A stretch of 64,000 nucleotides of DNA from Gemmatimonadota bacterium (GTDB taxonomy: Bacteria; Gemmatimonadota; Gemmatimonadetes; Gemmatimonadales; GWC2-71-9). The notes under the pieces were generated by a model, which had not been told where the DNA came from, ran no database searches, and worked only from the letters and a program-made list of their open reading frames with translations. Numbering within the stretch: the first letter of the stretch is position 1; each line of letters opens with the position of its first letter. Shown piece after piece: positions 20,550 to 31,127 of the stretch. Position numbers and translations under genes: made by a program. The stretch is taken from assembly GCA_036679645.1 (NCBI GenBank), contig JAZDCY010000056.1, positions 64,001 to 128,000 of the forward strand, in the 5' to 3' direction.

Positions 20550-21384
20550 AGTCGAGACCATCGTTCGCGACCTCGCCCCACGCATCACCGGCCGTACGCT
20601 CACCAACCCCAGGCTCCATCACACCAACGTGCTCCGCCGCGTGTCGCGCGCCCGCTTACTGCGTACGCTGCGACGAAATGTGATCGCCGGCATCTCACGC
20701 CGGGCGAAGCACATGGTGATACTGCTCGAGAGCGGGCACCGCGTGGTCATTCAGCCACGGATGACCGGCTCGCTGGTGGTCTACGAGCGGCGTCTGCGAG
20801 CGGCCGAGCGCCGTTACGCGGTGCTGCAGGCCGGCCTGGGGGCGGGCCGGTCTCTGGTCTTTAGCGACATACGCCGTCTCGGCACGATAGAACTCTTGGA
20901 TGAGAAGGGGTGGCAGTCCTATACTGCTGGCATTGGGCCCGAACCACTCGACGACGATTTCGACGTCGCTGCCTTTCGAGCGCGGATTCACGGGAGCCGT
21001 CAGGCGATCAAGAAAGTGCTCATGGACCAGCGAAAAATCGCCGGGGTGGGAAACATCTACGCCAACGAGGCGCTCTTCCGCGCCGGCATCGATCCTTCGC
21101 GACGCGCCGACCGTGTGGACCGCGCTGCGGCTACGCGCCTCCATGGGGCCGTGCGCGAGGTGCTGTCCGAAGCCCTCGCCGCCCGCGGAACCACGCTCCG
21201 CGACTACAGGACCGGCACCGGCGGCAAGGGGTCTTTCCAATTCGCCCTCCAGGTGTACGGCCGCGCCGGGGAGCCGTGCGTGCGTTGCGGCACCGCGCTG
21301 GCGGTTACGCACGAGATCGACGGTCGGCAGACGACCTTCTGCTGGCGCTGTCAGGGTGGTCGGAGTCCGACGGAGCGCACGTGA
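20533..21384 (+). CDS. mutM: Formamidopyrimidine-DNA glycosylase
   Basis: N-terminal (M)PELPEVET, MTG, GVGNIYANE, C-terminal zinc finger CVRC...CWRCQ. Confidence 0.96.
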   Translation: MPELPEVETIVRDLAPRITGRTLTNPRLHHTNVLRRVSRARLLRTLRRNVIAGISRRAKHMVILLESGHRVVIQPRMTGSLVVYERRLRAAERRYAVLQAGLGAGRSLVFSDIRRLGTIELLDEKGWQSYTAGIGPEPLDDDFDVAAFRARIHGSRQAIKKVLMDQRKIAGVGNIYANEALFRAGIDPSRRADRVDRAAATRLHGAVREVLSEALAARGTTLRDYRTGTGGKGSFQFALQVYGRAGEPCVRCGTALAVTHEIDGRQTTFCWRCQGGRSPTERT

Positions 21385-22400
21385 AGGTAGCCGTCGTGTT
21401 CGATACTCCCAGCGCGGGGTGGACGCACGACGATTTCATCAAGGAGGTAGTCGCCCAAGTCGAGGAACCCGAGTATGAGATCGCCGAAGCGTTGCTCGCT
21501 TACGAGTACGACGTCCGGCTGATCGGTGTTCACGACGATCTCCATGCGCTCGCGGAGCAACTCGCCGAGTACGATCCCGATCTCGTGTTCAACTGCGCGG
21601 AGGGATTCCACGAGCAACCCAACCTAGACTACGTTTTTCCCGCCATCTTCGAAGCCGAGGGATACCGGTACACCGGCGCCCCCCCGGCTGGGCTGTTGTT
21701 GACGCGGAACAAGGCGATGCACAAGAAGGTGCTCGCGTACCACGGCATCAGCGTGCCGGCGTTCAGGACATGGCGACTGACAGAGAACATCGATGGCCCA
21801 CCAGACGATCTGCGGTTCCCGTTGATCGTCAAGCCGCTCGGGGAAGACGCGTCCGCCGGTATCTCTCAGGCGTCGGTCGTGTCCACGCCTGACGCGCTGG
21901 CAGAGCGCGTCGCGTTCGTTCACGAGAAATTCTCGCAGCCCGCGATTGCCGAAGAGTTCGTCGAGGGACGTGAGTTGTACGTGAGCATGGTTGGCAACGG
22001 TGACGGGGTCCAGATCCTCCCCATCATCGAGATGGTCTTCGACAAGGAGTTGACGAAACCCGAGGAACGGATCGCCACGAGGAGCGCTAAGTGGAATGTG
22101 CCGTACCGTACGCGGAAGGGCATAAAGAACGTGTTTGCACGACCGCTCGCGCAGGTTACACAGCGGCGCATCGACGAAGTCTGTCGCACGGCGTTTCGTG
22201 CGCTGTGGCTCCACGACTACGCGCGATTCGACGTCCGCGTGAGTCCCGACAACGAGGTCTGGGTCATCGAGGCAAATGCGAATCCGTTCATCAGCTTCGG
22301 ACATGACATGGCCAACTCCGCGGAGAAAGCGGGTATGGACTACTACGCCTTCATCGACCGGATCGTCCGGGAAGCGATGAGCCGGTATGAAGCGGCGTAG
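21381..22400 (+). CDS. D-Ala-D-Ala ligase-like ATP-grasp enzyme (non-canonical)
   Basis: VFNCAEG, YTGA, FPLIVKP.EDASAGI, EEFVEGRELYV, YARFDVR, IEANANP. Lacks the canonical Ddl GGxSxE and LHG motifs. Confidence 0.85.
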   Translation: MKVAVVFDTPSAGWTHDDFIKEVVAQVEEPEYEIAEALLAYEYDVRLIGVHDDLHALAEQLAEYDPDLVFNCAEGFHEQPNLDYVFPAIFEAEGYRYTGAPPAGLLLTRNKAMHKKVLAYHGISVPAFRTWRLTENIDGPPDDLRFPLIVKPLGEDASAGISQASVVSTPDALAERVAFVHEKFSQPAIAEEFVEGRELYVSMVGNGDGVQILPIIEMVFDKELTKPEERIATRSAKWNVPYRTRKGIKNVFARPLAQVTQRRIDEVCRTAFRALWLHDYARFDVRVSPDNEVWVIEANANPFISFGHDMANSAEKAGMDYYAFIDRIVREAMSRYEAA

Positions 22401-23394
22401 GCGGCGGCGTGCGCCGTTCCCGCATCCCGAGCTGCGCTGCGAGTGCGGCGAGGAGCTGAAGCGCTACTGGCCCCACTGCCCCCGCTGTGCACGACGGCAA
22501 CTCTGGCGGGACGCGGGCGGCGTGACCGGCGCAGAGTGCTACAAGTGCGGCTGGGTCGTGTCCGACGCCGCATGGTTCTGCCCCTGGTGCGGCACAGACA
22601 TCTTCGAGGAAGGAGTGTCGGTCGAGCATCCGTTGAAGGCCCCGAAGGGCTTTCGCTTCTCGGCCCAGTGCGACTGGCGCTGCGGGGGCGGGGTCGAGCA
22701 CCCCATGTCGTACTGTCCCTGGTGTGGACGCGAACAGGAATGGAGTGATGAGGAATTCGATGGGGAGTGCCCGCACTGCGATCGCGGAGTCAACGACTGG
22801 ATGGACCACTGTCCCTGGTGCGGCCAGGACGCCACCGGACAAGTACTCATTCCCCGCGCCTTACGGAACGTGCGCCAGTTGCTGCGCGTGTCTGGCATCA
22901 AGAATTGGGGATATCGCGTGCTGCTGCGGCCGGGTATGTCCGGTGTCGACCCCAAGGCGCCCAAGATCATCGAGATCGAGCGTGCGTACGTTACCGGACA
23001 CCAACGACGCGATGAAATCGAGTGGTCCATGCTCGTCGGGCTCATCTGTCACGAGCTGGGCCACAGTTTTCTCTTCCACCACTGGCGCTGGGCGCGGTCA
23101 CCGGATTTCGTCAAGGCGTTCGGTGAGGTGGACAAGCGCTATCGTGTTCGCGACGAAGCGTGGGTAGACTTCCAGCGGCGGCGCGTCACGACCACGCGAC
23201 CCAACTTCGTCACGTCCTACGCCGCCAATCACCCGGAAGAAGACTTCGCCGAGACGTTCCGGTTCTACGTTACCCGACGCGGGAAGATGCGCGAGTTGCT
23301 CGCCGAGATGGGACAGAAACGGAAGGCTGTCGTAGTGTACGAGAAATTCCTCGCGCTCCATCACTACATCCGGTGGCTACGGGGCTGGCGATGA
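22387..23394 (+). CDS. Multi-zinc-ribbon protein fused to a putative zinc metallopeptidase
   Basis: Four ribbon-like Cys pairs (CEC/CPRC, CYKC/CPWC, CDWRC/CPWC, CPHC/CPWC), then HELGH and SYAANHPEEDFAETF. Confidence 0.8.
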   Translation: MKRRRRRRAPFPHPELRCECGEELKRYWPHCPRCARRQLWRDAGGVTGAECYKCGWVVSDAAWFCPWCGTDIFEEGVSVEHPLKAPKGFRFSAQCDWRCGGGVEHPMSYCPWCGREQEWSDEEFDGECPHCDRGVNDWMDHCPWCGQDATGQVLIPRALRNVRQLLRVSGIKNWGYRVLLRPGMSGVDPKAPKIIEIERAYVTGHQRRDEIEWSMLVGLICHELGHSFLFHHWRWARSPDFVKAFGEVDKRYRVRDEAWVDFQRRRVTTTRPNFVTSYAANHPEEDFAETFRFYVTRRGKMRELLAEMGQKRKAVVVYEKFLALHHYIRWLRGWR

Positions 23395-24488
23395 GCGCAC
23401 CGGTGCTCCCGCTCGTTGATACCGGCCGCCTGAAGCGGCGGGTCGCGGCACTCGCAGAGAACCGGCCCGGCATCTACCGGATGCTCGATCCGACTGGACA
23501 GGTGATCTACGTCGGCAAGGCCAAGCGCGTTCGTGCGCGCCTGCTGTCGTATTTCAACGCAAGCTATCCCGAGGACAAGGCCGCCCGTATCCTGTTCGCC
23601 ACAGATGACATCCAGTGGAACTACACCGCGTCGGAGTTCGCGGCCCTCCTTGGCGAGTTGCGGCAGATCCAACGCCATCGTCCTCGTTTCAACGTGCGCA
23701 TGAACCGCCCGCGCCGGGTTGCATTTGTCAAGATTTCGGGCACCCCGGCGCCGAAACTGTTCGTTGGGAACGCGCCCACATCACCGGACGTGCGCCACTA
23801 CGGGCCGTTCATGTCGGCGAGCCGTCTCAAAGACGCTATTCGCGAGCTGAACCTGCAACTCGGACTGCGAGACTGCGCCCTGAACATGCCGATCACGTAT
23901 TCCGAGCAGGGAGACCTCTTCACGTCGGACCACCCGGCAGGCTGCCTGCGGTATGAGCTGGGGAGCTGTACGGGACCATGCGGCGGTTTCGTGAGCGAGC
24001 CGGACTACATGCAGCGTGTCGAGACCGCGCTCGCGTTTCTCGAGGGCCGCGCGATCTCGCCCATCGACGCGATCGTGCAGCAGATGAACCGAGCGAGCCG
24101 AAAGAAGGACTACGAGCTGGCAGCGCGTTGGCGTGACCGGTTCGAGGCTTTGGAGTGGCTGTTTGCCGAGGGCAACCGCGTGCGCGCAGCGATCGACGGA
24201 TTGAGCTTCGTGTACACCGACACGGGCACGTATGGCGACGATCGGGTCTACGTTATCAAACGAGCGACCGTACGAGCCAGCGCACCGGCACCCCACACGC
24301 CGATCGAGACCGCAGCCTTTCGCGCGCTAGTGGCAGCGCACACAGGCTCGGAGACCGGTGCTGGACCGCTCCCCCCCAACGCAATCGACGAGGTCGTGCT
24401 CTTGTTGAGTTGGTTCCGGCGCCATCCCTCGGCTCTGCGCCACACGGTACCGCTGGAGGCGTGGCTCGATCAGCACGCCGAGGCGTGA
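23391..24488 (+). CDS. UvrC-like GIY-YIG nuclease with UvrB/UvrC motif (Cho-like, short)
   Basis: PGIYRM, YVGKAK, RLLSYF, PRFN, YGPF, Cys cluster CLRY..CTGPC, YELAARWRD; no RNase H-like or HhH C-terminus. Confidence 0.85.
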   Translation: MSAPVLPLVDTGRLKRRVAALAENRPGIYRMLDPTGQVIYVGKAKRVRARLLSYFNASYPEDKAARILFATDDIQWNYTASEFAALLGELRQIQRHRPRFNVRMNRPRRVAFVKISGTPAPKLFVGNAPTSPDVRHYGPFMSASRLKDAIRELNLQLGLRDCALNMPITYSEQGDLFTSDHPAGCLRYELGSCTGPCGGFVSEPDYMQRVETALAFLEGRAISPIDAIVQQMNRASRKKDYELAARWRDRFEALEWLFAEGNRVRAAIDGLSFVYTDTGTYGDDRVYVIKRATVRASAPAPHTPIETAAFRALVAAHTGSETGAGPLPPNAIDEVVLLLSWFRRHPSALRHTVPLEAWLDQHAEA

Positions 24489-24498
24489 GACACGTGCC

Positions 24499-25476
24499 AT
24501 GCTGATCTCGTCCCTGCTCGCGATCGCCGGATTGGCGCTGCTCGTGGGTGGAGGACACTATCTCGTCGAGGGAGCAACGCGGCTGTCGCTGCGTGCGCGA
24601 ATCTCGCCGACCGTGATCGGCCTGACGGTCGTGGCACTCGGGACGAGCATGCCCGAATTGGCTGTGAGCCTCGAGGCGGCGATCCGCGGCAATACCGACA
24701 TCTCGTACGCCAACGTCGTCGGGTCCAACATCTTCAACGTCGCCGCCGTACTCGGGATCGCCGCACTGATCGCGCCGATACCCGTCCAGGGACGGATGCT
24801 CAAGATCGAGTATCCGTTCATGATCGCGGTCCTGATTCTTTGTCTTGTGATGGCAGGCAACGACACGGTGAGCCACCTCGATGGTGCCATCTTCGTCTTG
24901 GTGCTCGGCGCATCGCTCATCGCCCTGATTCGCTGGTCGCGATCGCAACCCCCCGATGAAGAGACCATCGAACTGGAGCGGGAGTACGCCGCGCACGTCG
25001 GCCTGACGGATCGGCGCGCGGTCGCCCGAGCATGGCTCGTCAACATAGTCATGATCGCGGCCGGGATCGCTCTGCTGGCCGGCGGTGCTGCGCTCCTGAT
25101 TCGGGGTGCGATCGATATTGCGACACGCTTTCACGTCACACATCGGGTCATCGGGCTCACCCTGGTGGCCGGTGGTACGAGCCTTCCCGAACTCGCCGCC
25201 AGCGTCACCGCGGCGGTTAAGGGACGCCCCGGCCTCGCACTTGGCAACATCGTGGGTTCCAACATCTTCAACGTGCTGTCGATATTGGGCATCACGTCAC
25301 TGATCCGCGAGATTCCGGTAAACCCGACCGCCGTATCACTCGACAACTGGGTGATGGTTGGCCTCGCGCTGCTGCTGTTCGTGTTCCTTGCCGTGGGCAA
25401 ACGACTTACGCGTATCGAGGGAGGCGTAATGTTGGCGCTGTTCGTGGCGTATATGACCCGGGTCGTTGCGACGTAG
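24499..25476 (+). CDS. Calcium/sodium antiporter (CaCA, YrbG-like)
   Basis: Two alpha repeats GTSMPE/GTSLPE with GSNIFN; ~10 TM segments. Confidence 0.93.
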   Translation: MLISSLLAIAGLALLVGGGHYLVEGATRLSLRARISPTVIGLTVVALGTSMPELAVSLEAAIRGNTDISYANVVGSNIFNVAAVLGIAALIAPIPVQGRMLKIEYPFMIAVLILCLVMAGNDTVSHLDGAIFVLVLGASLIALIRWSRSQPPDEETIELEREYAAHVGLTDRRAVARAWLVNIVMIAAGIALLAGGAALLIRGAIDIATRFHVTHRVIGLTLVAGGTSLPELAASVTAAVKGRPGLALGNIVGSNIFNVLSILGITSLIREIPVNPTAVSLDNWVMVGLALLLFVFLAVGKRLTRIEGGVMLALFVAYMTRVVAT

Positions 25477-25551
25477 TCGGGTGACGGTTGCCCTAACATT
25501 CTCCGCGACCAATCCGTAGTACTATCATCACGACTCTTCCGAGGGACCTTC

Positions 25552-25986
25552 ATGTTGAGAACCGTCTTGTCTACCGCTGCGGGCCTGGGGCTCGCGCTCA
25601 CGCTCGCACAGCCTACAGTGGCACAGGAGGATGAGAGCCAGGGCCACTCGCACCCAGTCATCGGGCAGTGGGAGCTGTCGTTCGAGACCCCGCGCGGATC
25701 ACAGACCATGACCCTCACGTTCGAGCTGGACGGAGAGACGCTCAAGGGAACGGCCGAGACGCGACGTGGCACCGTGGAGTTGCGGGACGTGCGCTATGAA
25801 GGCAACGAACTCGGATTCTCCGTCCCGTTCGGGGGCAGGGGAGGCAGAGGTGGGGGCCGGGGCGGGGGCCAGGGATTCGCTCTCCAGTTCGTGGGCACGA
25901 TCGATGGTGACATGATGGAAGGGAAGCTCCGCATGCCACGCGGTAACAACGAAGCACCGTGGACCGCCACACGGGTGGCCACCTGA
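25552..25986 (+). CDS. Secreted small beta-rich hypothetical protein with RGG insert
   Basis: Signal peptide ending TVAQ; IGQWELSFETPRG, F.GTIDGD.MEG, WTATR. Confidence 0.75.
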   Translation: MLRTVLSTAAGLGLALTLAQPTVAQEDESQGHSHPVIGQWELSFETPRGSQTMTLTFELDGETLKGTAETRRGTVELRDVRYEGNELGFSVPFGGRGGRGGGRGGGQGFALQFVGTIDGDMMEGKLRMPRGNNEAPWTATRVAT

Positions 25987-26037
25987 TCATCACGGGCTCA
26001 CCAACGAGGCCGTTCTCCCCCGACAACGGATTCCATT

Positions 26038-29000
26038 ATGATCCACCGACGCCTCTCGCCGGTCGTGACCGTGTTCCTCGCGGCAGCGGCGACCTCCGCG
26101 CACGCCCAGGTCAGCCAACCTCTCGATTCCACCACGATGAGCGCATTCCGGTGGCGAGCCATCGGCCCAGCCTCTATGAGCGGCCGCATCACGGACGTCG
26201 AGGGCATTCCGAGCCCTTCGAAGACGTTCTTCATAGCGGCGGCAAGCGGTGGCATCTGGAAGACGACCAATGCCGGCACAACGTTCCGCCCCGTGTTCGA
26301 TCACGAGCGCGTGATCTCCATGGGCGACATCGCGATCGCCCCGAGCGACACGATGATCGTCTGGGCCGGGACGGGCGAGGAGGATTCCCGCAACTCGATC
26401 TCGCCGGGCGGCGGGATCTACAAGTCGATCGACGGTGGCCTCACGTGGACCCTGATGGGACTCGAGGCCACCCAGCAGATCGGGCGCATCGTGATTCACC
26501 CAACGAATCCAGACGTCGTCTACGTCGCGGCTCTGGGCCACGTTTGGGGTCCAAATCCTGAACGCGGTTTGTACAAGACGACCGACGGCGGCGAGACCTG
26601 GGAGTTGATCAAGTTCATCAGCGACCGGGCGGGCTTTGTGGATGTTGCGATGCATCCCAACAACCCGGACATCCTGTTCGCCTCGAGCTGGGAACGGGTA
26701 CGCGGTCCGTATTTCCTACGGAGTGGCGGACCTGGGAGCGCCTTGTGGAAGACGACCGACGGTGGGGCCAACTGGACCGAGGTTCGCGGGAACGGTTTCC
26801 CCGAGACCATGCTCGGACGCATTGGGATCGCCATCGCGCCGAGCAACCCGGACATCGTGTACGCCCTGGTCGAGGCCGATTCCACCGAGGGCGGGGGTGG
26901 GTTGCTGTCAGGACTTTATCGCTCCGAAGACGCTGGGGGCTCATGGGAGCGCATGAGCGAGCGCGATTCGCGGCCGTTCTACTACTCGCAGGTCCGCGTC
27001 GACCCGCAGAACCCCGATCGCGTCTACTGGTCGTCCGGCCCGGTGAATTTCTCCGATGACGGCGGCAAGACCGTCCGCAACGCGACCGTAGGGATTCACG
27101 TCGACCACCATGCCATGTGGATCGACCCCACCGACCCGGAACACTTCATCGTCGGGAACGACGGTGGCGTGTCGCAGACATGGGACCGTGGCGGAAACTA
27201 CCGCACGCTAAACGTCATGCCGCTCGGCCAGTTCTACGCGGTCAGTTACAACATGGAGGTACCCTACCGCGTCTGCGGCGGCTTGCAGGACAACGGCTCG
27301 TGGTGCGGGCCGAGTCGGCGCTCCCGTGGTGCCATCACAAACGAGCACTGGTCCTACATCAGCGGCGGGGACGCGCCTGAATCTGGCAACCGGCAATCAG
27401 TCGCGGCTGCAGAAGCCCGACTGGCGGCAGCGGTACACCACGTACGAAGATTCCGTCATCATCGAACTGCCGGATACGACGCAGCGGCCCAATCGCCAGC
27501 AGCGTCGTCGTATCGAGAGCTTCCGCCAGCAGCAGCACGCCGATTCGGTCAACATGGCGTTGCGCTGGAACTGGAGCACGCCCTTTTTCATCTCCGAGCA
27601 CTCGCCCACTACGTTCTACGCCGGTGCGAGTCGCGTGCTGAAGTCCACGAACCGCGGTGAGGGGCTCTATCCCATTTCACCCGACCTCACGACACAGGAC
27701 GCCGAGCGCATTCGCATCAGCACCGAGACGACCGGTGGGATCACGCGAGACGTCACGAACGCCGAAACGCATAGCACGATAACCGCGCTGGCGGAATCGC
27801 CGATCCGTCCGGGACTGCTCTATGCCGGCACAGACGACGGGAACGTCTGGCTCACGCGAAATGATGGCGGTGACTGGGACGAATTAACCGGTCGGTTCCC
27901 CGGCGTTCCGGCAAAGACGTGGGTGAGCCGTATCGAGCCGTCGCATCACGACTCGGCGGCATTTTATGTCTCGTTCGACGGTCACCGGGAGAACGATTTT
28001 GCGCCGTACGTGTACGTGACGCACGATTTTGGCGCGACGTTCCGGTCGATCGCCAACGATCTTCCAACTGGCGGCCCCAATTTCATTCACGTCATCCGGG
28101 AAGATCCGCACAATGCCGATCTCCTGTTTGTCGGCACCGACGTCGGCGTCTATGTATCGACAGATCGCGGCGCGTCGTGGCAGCGTTTCATGGAAGGTCT
28201 CCCGACGGTGCCCGTGCACGATCTCAAGATTCACCCACGGGATCGCGAGCTGATCGCGGGGACGCACGGGCGCTCGATCTGGATCGTCGATATCGCAACT
28301 CTCGAGCAGCTCACCAACGAGGTGCTGGCGGCGGACGCCTACCTGTTTGAGCCGAAGACCGCGTATCAGTACAACTCACCGCCGCGGGGCGGGCAGAACT
28401 ACGGTCACGACGTCTTCGAAGCCCAAAGCCCCCGGTATGGGGCGGAGATCGTGTACCGTCGCACGAGCGGGGAGCGCCGCACGCAGACACCCATCGTCAT
28501 CACGAACGTGATGGGCGATACGGTGCAGACGCTGCAGGGACCCGGCACGCCGGGTATCCATCGGGTGACGTGGAACTTTCGCGGTGCGCCGGCGCCCAGG
28601 GACCCGCTCTCGCCATCCCAGCAGCGCGACTCGGTGTTGTTCCTGCGGCGGCTCGATGTCGTGTTCGACTCCGTCGCAGAGGCCGGGACACCGCGCCAGA
28701 TGCTGGATCGGATCCGGAACGGTATCGCCTCCGGCAACACGGACCAGCTGCGCCGCCTTGCGGGCTTTGGTGGCGGGGGTGGCGGCGGTGCCTTTGGCCG
28801 TGGGCAGAGGAATCCAGGTCAGTTCAATGAGCGACCCGGTGAGTCGCGGGCCCGCGGGCAACGTGGACCGGGCGCGCGCGGCGGCGGTCAGGGCGGTGCT
28901 CGTGCAGCGGGAGGTCAGGGTGAACCTTCGGGAGGTGCCGGCGGCGGGTTTGCGGGTGCGGGTCGCGAGATGATGCGGGACATCTTCCGGCTGTTCCGTC

Positions 29001-29218
29001 GGGATCGAGAACTGCGCCGGTACAGTTCCGCGTTCGGCCTTGGTGGGTTCGGATTCGGGGGCCGCGGGCGCGGGGGCGGCGGCGGCTCGTTGGTCGAGAC
29101 CGGTGACTATCTCGTGAGCGTCACGATCGACGACGAGACGATGCGGCGCGTGCTGCGCGTGGAGCGCGTGTCCGGTGGCCGCAACGGGGGCGTGGCGTTC
29201 GAGGAGGAGGAGCGATAG
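26038..29218 (+). CDS. Secreted VPS10/BNR (Asp-box) repeat beta-propeller glycosyl hydrolase-like protein, frameshifted at ~27370
   Basis: WRAIGPASMSGRI and many Asp-boxes (KTTNAGTTF, KSIDGGLTW, KTTDGGETW, STDRGASW). Homologous coding moves from ORF 26038 to ORF 27326 at ISGGD|TRLNLATG. Confidence 0.85.
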
Positions 29219-29247
29219 GCCACCCCCAAGAAACGATTCCCATCAAG

Positions 29248-29280
29248 ACGCGGGGGCGCAGGACGGCCCCCGCGTTTGTT
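29248..29280 (+). terminator. Rho-independent terminator
   Basis: ACGCGGGGGC-gcaggacg-GCCCCCGCGT followed by TTGTT, downstream of the VPS10 gene. Confidence 0.75.
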
Positions 29281-29449
29281 GTGTGGCAACGCGATACACC
29301 ACGCACTGAACGGCGAGCTTGCAGAAAGCATGTGTGCGTCCCACCTTATTCCAATCCGTCCGAGAGGTTCGGTTCTTGAGCGTGGCTGTGCGATTAAGTC
29401 TTCGGTCCCGACGTGCCTGCCCGTCGTTGGTGCACGTGCCCCGGTCAGC

Positions 29450-29890
29450 ATGACCACCCAGCACGGGTTTACCCTGATCGAGCTCTTGATCGTAGTCGCG
29501 ATCATCGGGTTGCTCGTGCTGATGGCCACACCACGGATCGGCATCGTGCTGGTCGGGCAAAGCGTTCACTCCGCGCGCGATGCGTCGATCGGCATGCACG
29601 GCAGGGCCCGCGCGGCTGCTGTCCAGCGCGGTCAGTCGACCCGGTTGGTGATCAGCGGGAACACCCTGCTCATCCGCAGCGAGCATCCCGTCACCGGAGC
29701 GGTCGATACCGTTGGCCCGGTGCGAGACCTCTTTGACCAGTACAGAGTCACCGTGACCTCGAGTCGAGACTCGCTCGTTTTCGATCCGCGAGGTTTGGGA
29801 AACGATGGTGGACCGACGGTCATCACGGTCACCCGGGGTGTGCACGCGGACACAATCGTCATCAGCACATGGGGCAGGATTCTAAAGTGA
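29450..29890 (+). CDS. Type IV minor pilin, FimT/GspH-like
   Basis: Class III signal QHG|FTLIELLIVVAIIG; FDPRG motif; first gene of a four-gene minor pilin cluster. Confidence 0.88.
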   Translation: MTTQHGFTLIELLIVVAIIGLLVLMATPRIGIVLVGQSVHSARDASIGMHGRARAAAVQRGQSTRLVISGNTLLIRSEHPVTGAVDTVGPVRDLFDQYRVTVTSSRDSLVFDPRGLGNDGGPTVITVTRGVHADTIVISTWGRILK

Positions 29891-30234
29891 AGGGCTCCGA
29901 CGGATTCACACTCGTGGAGGTCCTCGTCGCGATGCTGATCCTGACGATCGGGATCATTGCCCTCATCGGATCGTCTGCCCTCGTGACGCGCATGATCACC
30001 CAGGGGCAGATCTTCAGCGAGGCAAGCGCGTTGGCTGCGCAGCGGATCGAGACTTTGCGGAGCGGCGGCTGCGCTGGCATGGGTAGCGGCACTGCAGTCG
30101 ATGGCCCGTATGCGCTCTCATGGACCGTGGTCCCGATCGCTGACGGGAAGGTGCAACGTGTCGAGCTTACCGTAACGATGCCCACTCGCCGCGGGACGAC
30201 CGACCGGGTCTTTGCCACCGCTGTCCTGTGTTGA
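29887..30234 (+). CDS. Type IV minor pilin, PilV-like
   Basis: SDG|FTLVEVLVAMLILTIG; GTG start overlaps the upstream stop. Confidence 0.85.
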   Translation: MKGSDGFTLVEVLVAMLILTIGIIALIGSSALVTRMITQGQIFSEASALAAQRIETLRSGGCAGMGSGTAVDGPYALSWTVVPIADGKVQRVELTVTMPTRRGTTDRVFATAVLC

Positions 30235-31106
30235 TACACATTGAGAACGAACGCGGGTTCACGCTCATCGAGCTCCTGATATCCCTGGTGCTGGCCTCGC
30301 TGATCGGTACGGCGATCATCAAGACACTCACTGACAGCCAGCAGCTGTACCGAGCGCAGACGGAACGCTCGAGCATGAACAGCAACACACGGATGGCGAC
30401 GGCGATCCTTCCTGCCGAGATGCGCGAGCTGAGCGCGACGGACACCATTGGCGGTGACATCACGGCGATGTCGCTCACCGACATCACCTTCAAAGCCATG
30501 CGGGGCCTGTTTTTCACCTGCACCGCACCGGCGGATGGAGGAGCGACGGGCACCGTCGTGCTCTGGGGTACGCGGTCATTCGGAGTGCGCACCGACATCG
30601 ACGGTGCACGGGATTCGGTGGTCATCTTCGTGGAGGGTGACTCCAGTACGGCGACAGACAACTACTGGTTGCACGCGGGTGTGACCGGCACCCCCGCCAT
30701 TGGAACGGCGTGTCCCGGAGGGGCGGCCAGCATCACGGTGAGTCTGAGCAGTGTCCGACCCATCGGCGGCCTCGGCGGGGTCACTCCCGGCGGCCCGCTG
30801 CGCAGTTTCGAGATGATCCGGATCGCCGCCTACGCCGATGCCCTCGGTGATCGGTGGCTAGGAGCGCAACTGTACAGTGCAGGCGCCTGGGGCGCGATCG
30901 AACCGATACTCGGGCCGCTCGCCCCATCAGGGCTGCAGCTCACCTACTTCAACGCCGCGGGAGCCCCGACCACCTCCGTGGACTCCGTCGCCCGAATCGG
31001 GCTCGTCGTCATCGGGCAGACATCGATCCCCGTGCGGGGGACGGGTGGGATGCGGCGAGCCGTGGACACGCTGATCACCGCCGTCGCCCTACGGAACAAT
31101 CGATGA
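30228..31106 (+). CDS. Type IV minor pilin, PilW-like
   Basis: ERG|FTLIELLISLVL; C-terminal VALRN. Confidence 0.85.
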   Translation: MLIHIENERGFTLIELLISLVLASLIGTAIIKTLTDSQQLYRAQTERSSMNSNTRMATAILPAEMRELSATDTIGGDITAMSLTDITFKAMRGLFFTCTAPADGGATGTVVLWGTRSFGVRTDIDGARDSVVIFVEGDSSTATDNYWLHAGVTGTPAIGTACPGGAASITVSLSSVRPIGGLGGVTPGGPLRSFEMIRIAAYADALGDRWLGAQLYSAGAWGAIEPILGPLAPSGLQLTYFNAAGAPTTSVDSVARIGLVVIGQTSIPVRGTGGMRRAVDTLITAVALRNNR

Positions 31107-31127
31107 GAGACGGCTAGGGGTTTTGCC

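Noticed and set aside
29281..29449. Riboswitch or sigma54 promoter upstream of the pilin cluster
   Set aside because: No convincing TGGCAC-N5-TTGC match or recognisable aptamer consensus found by eye.
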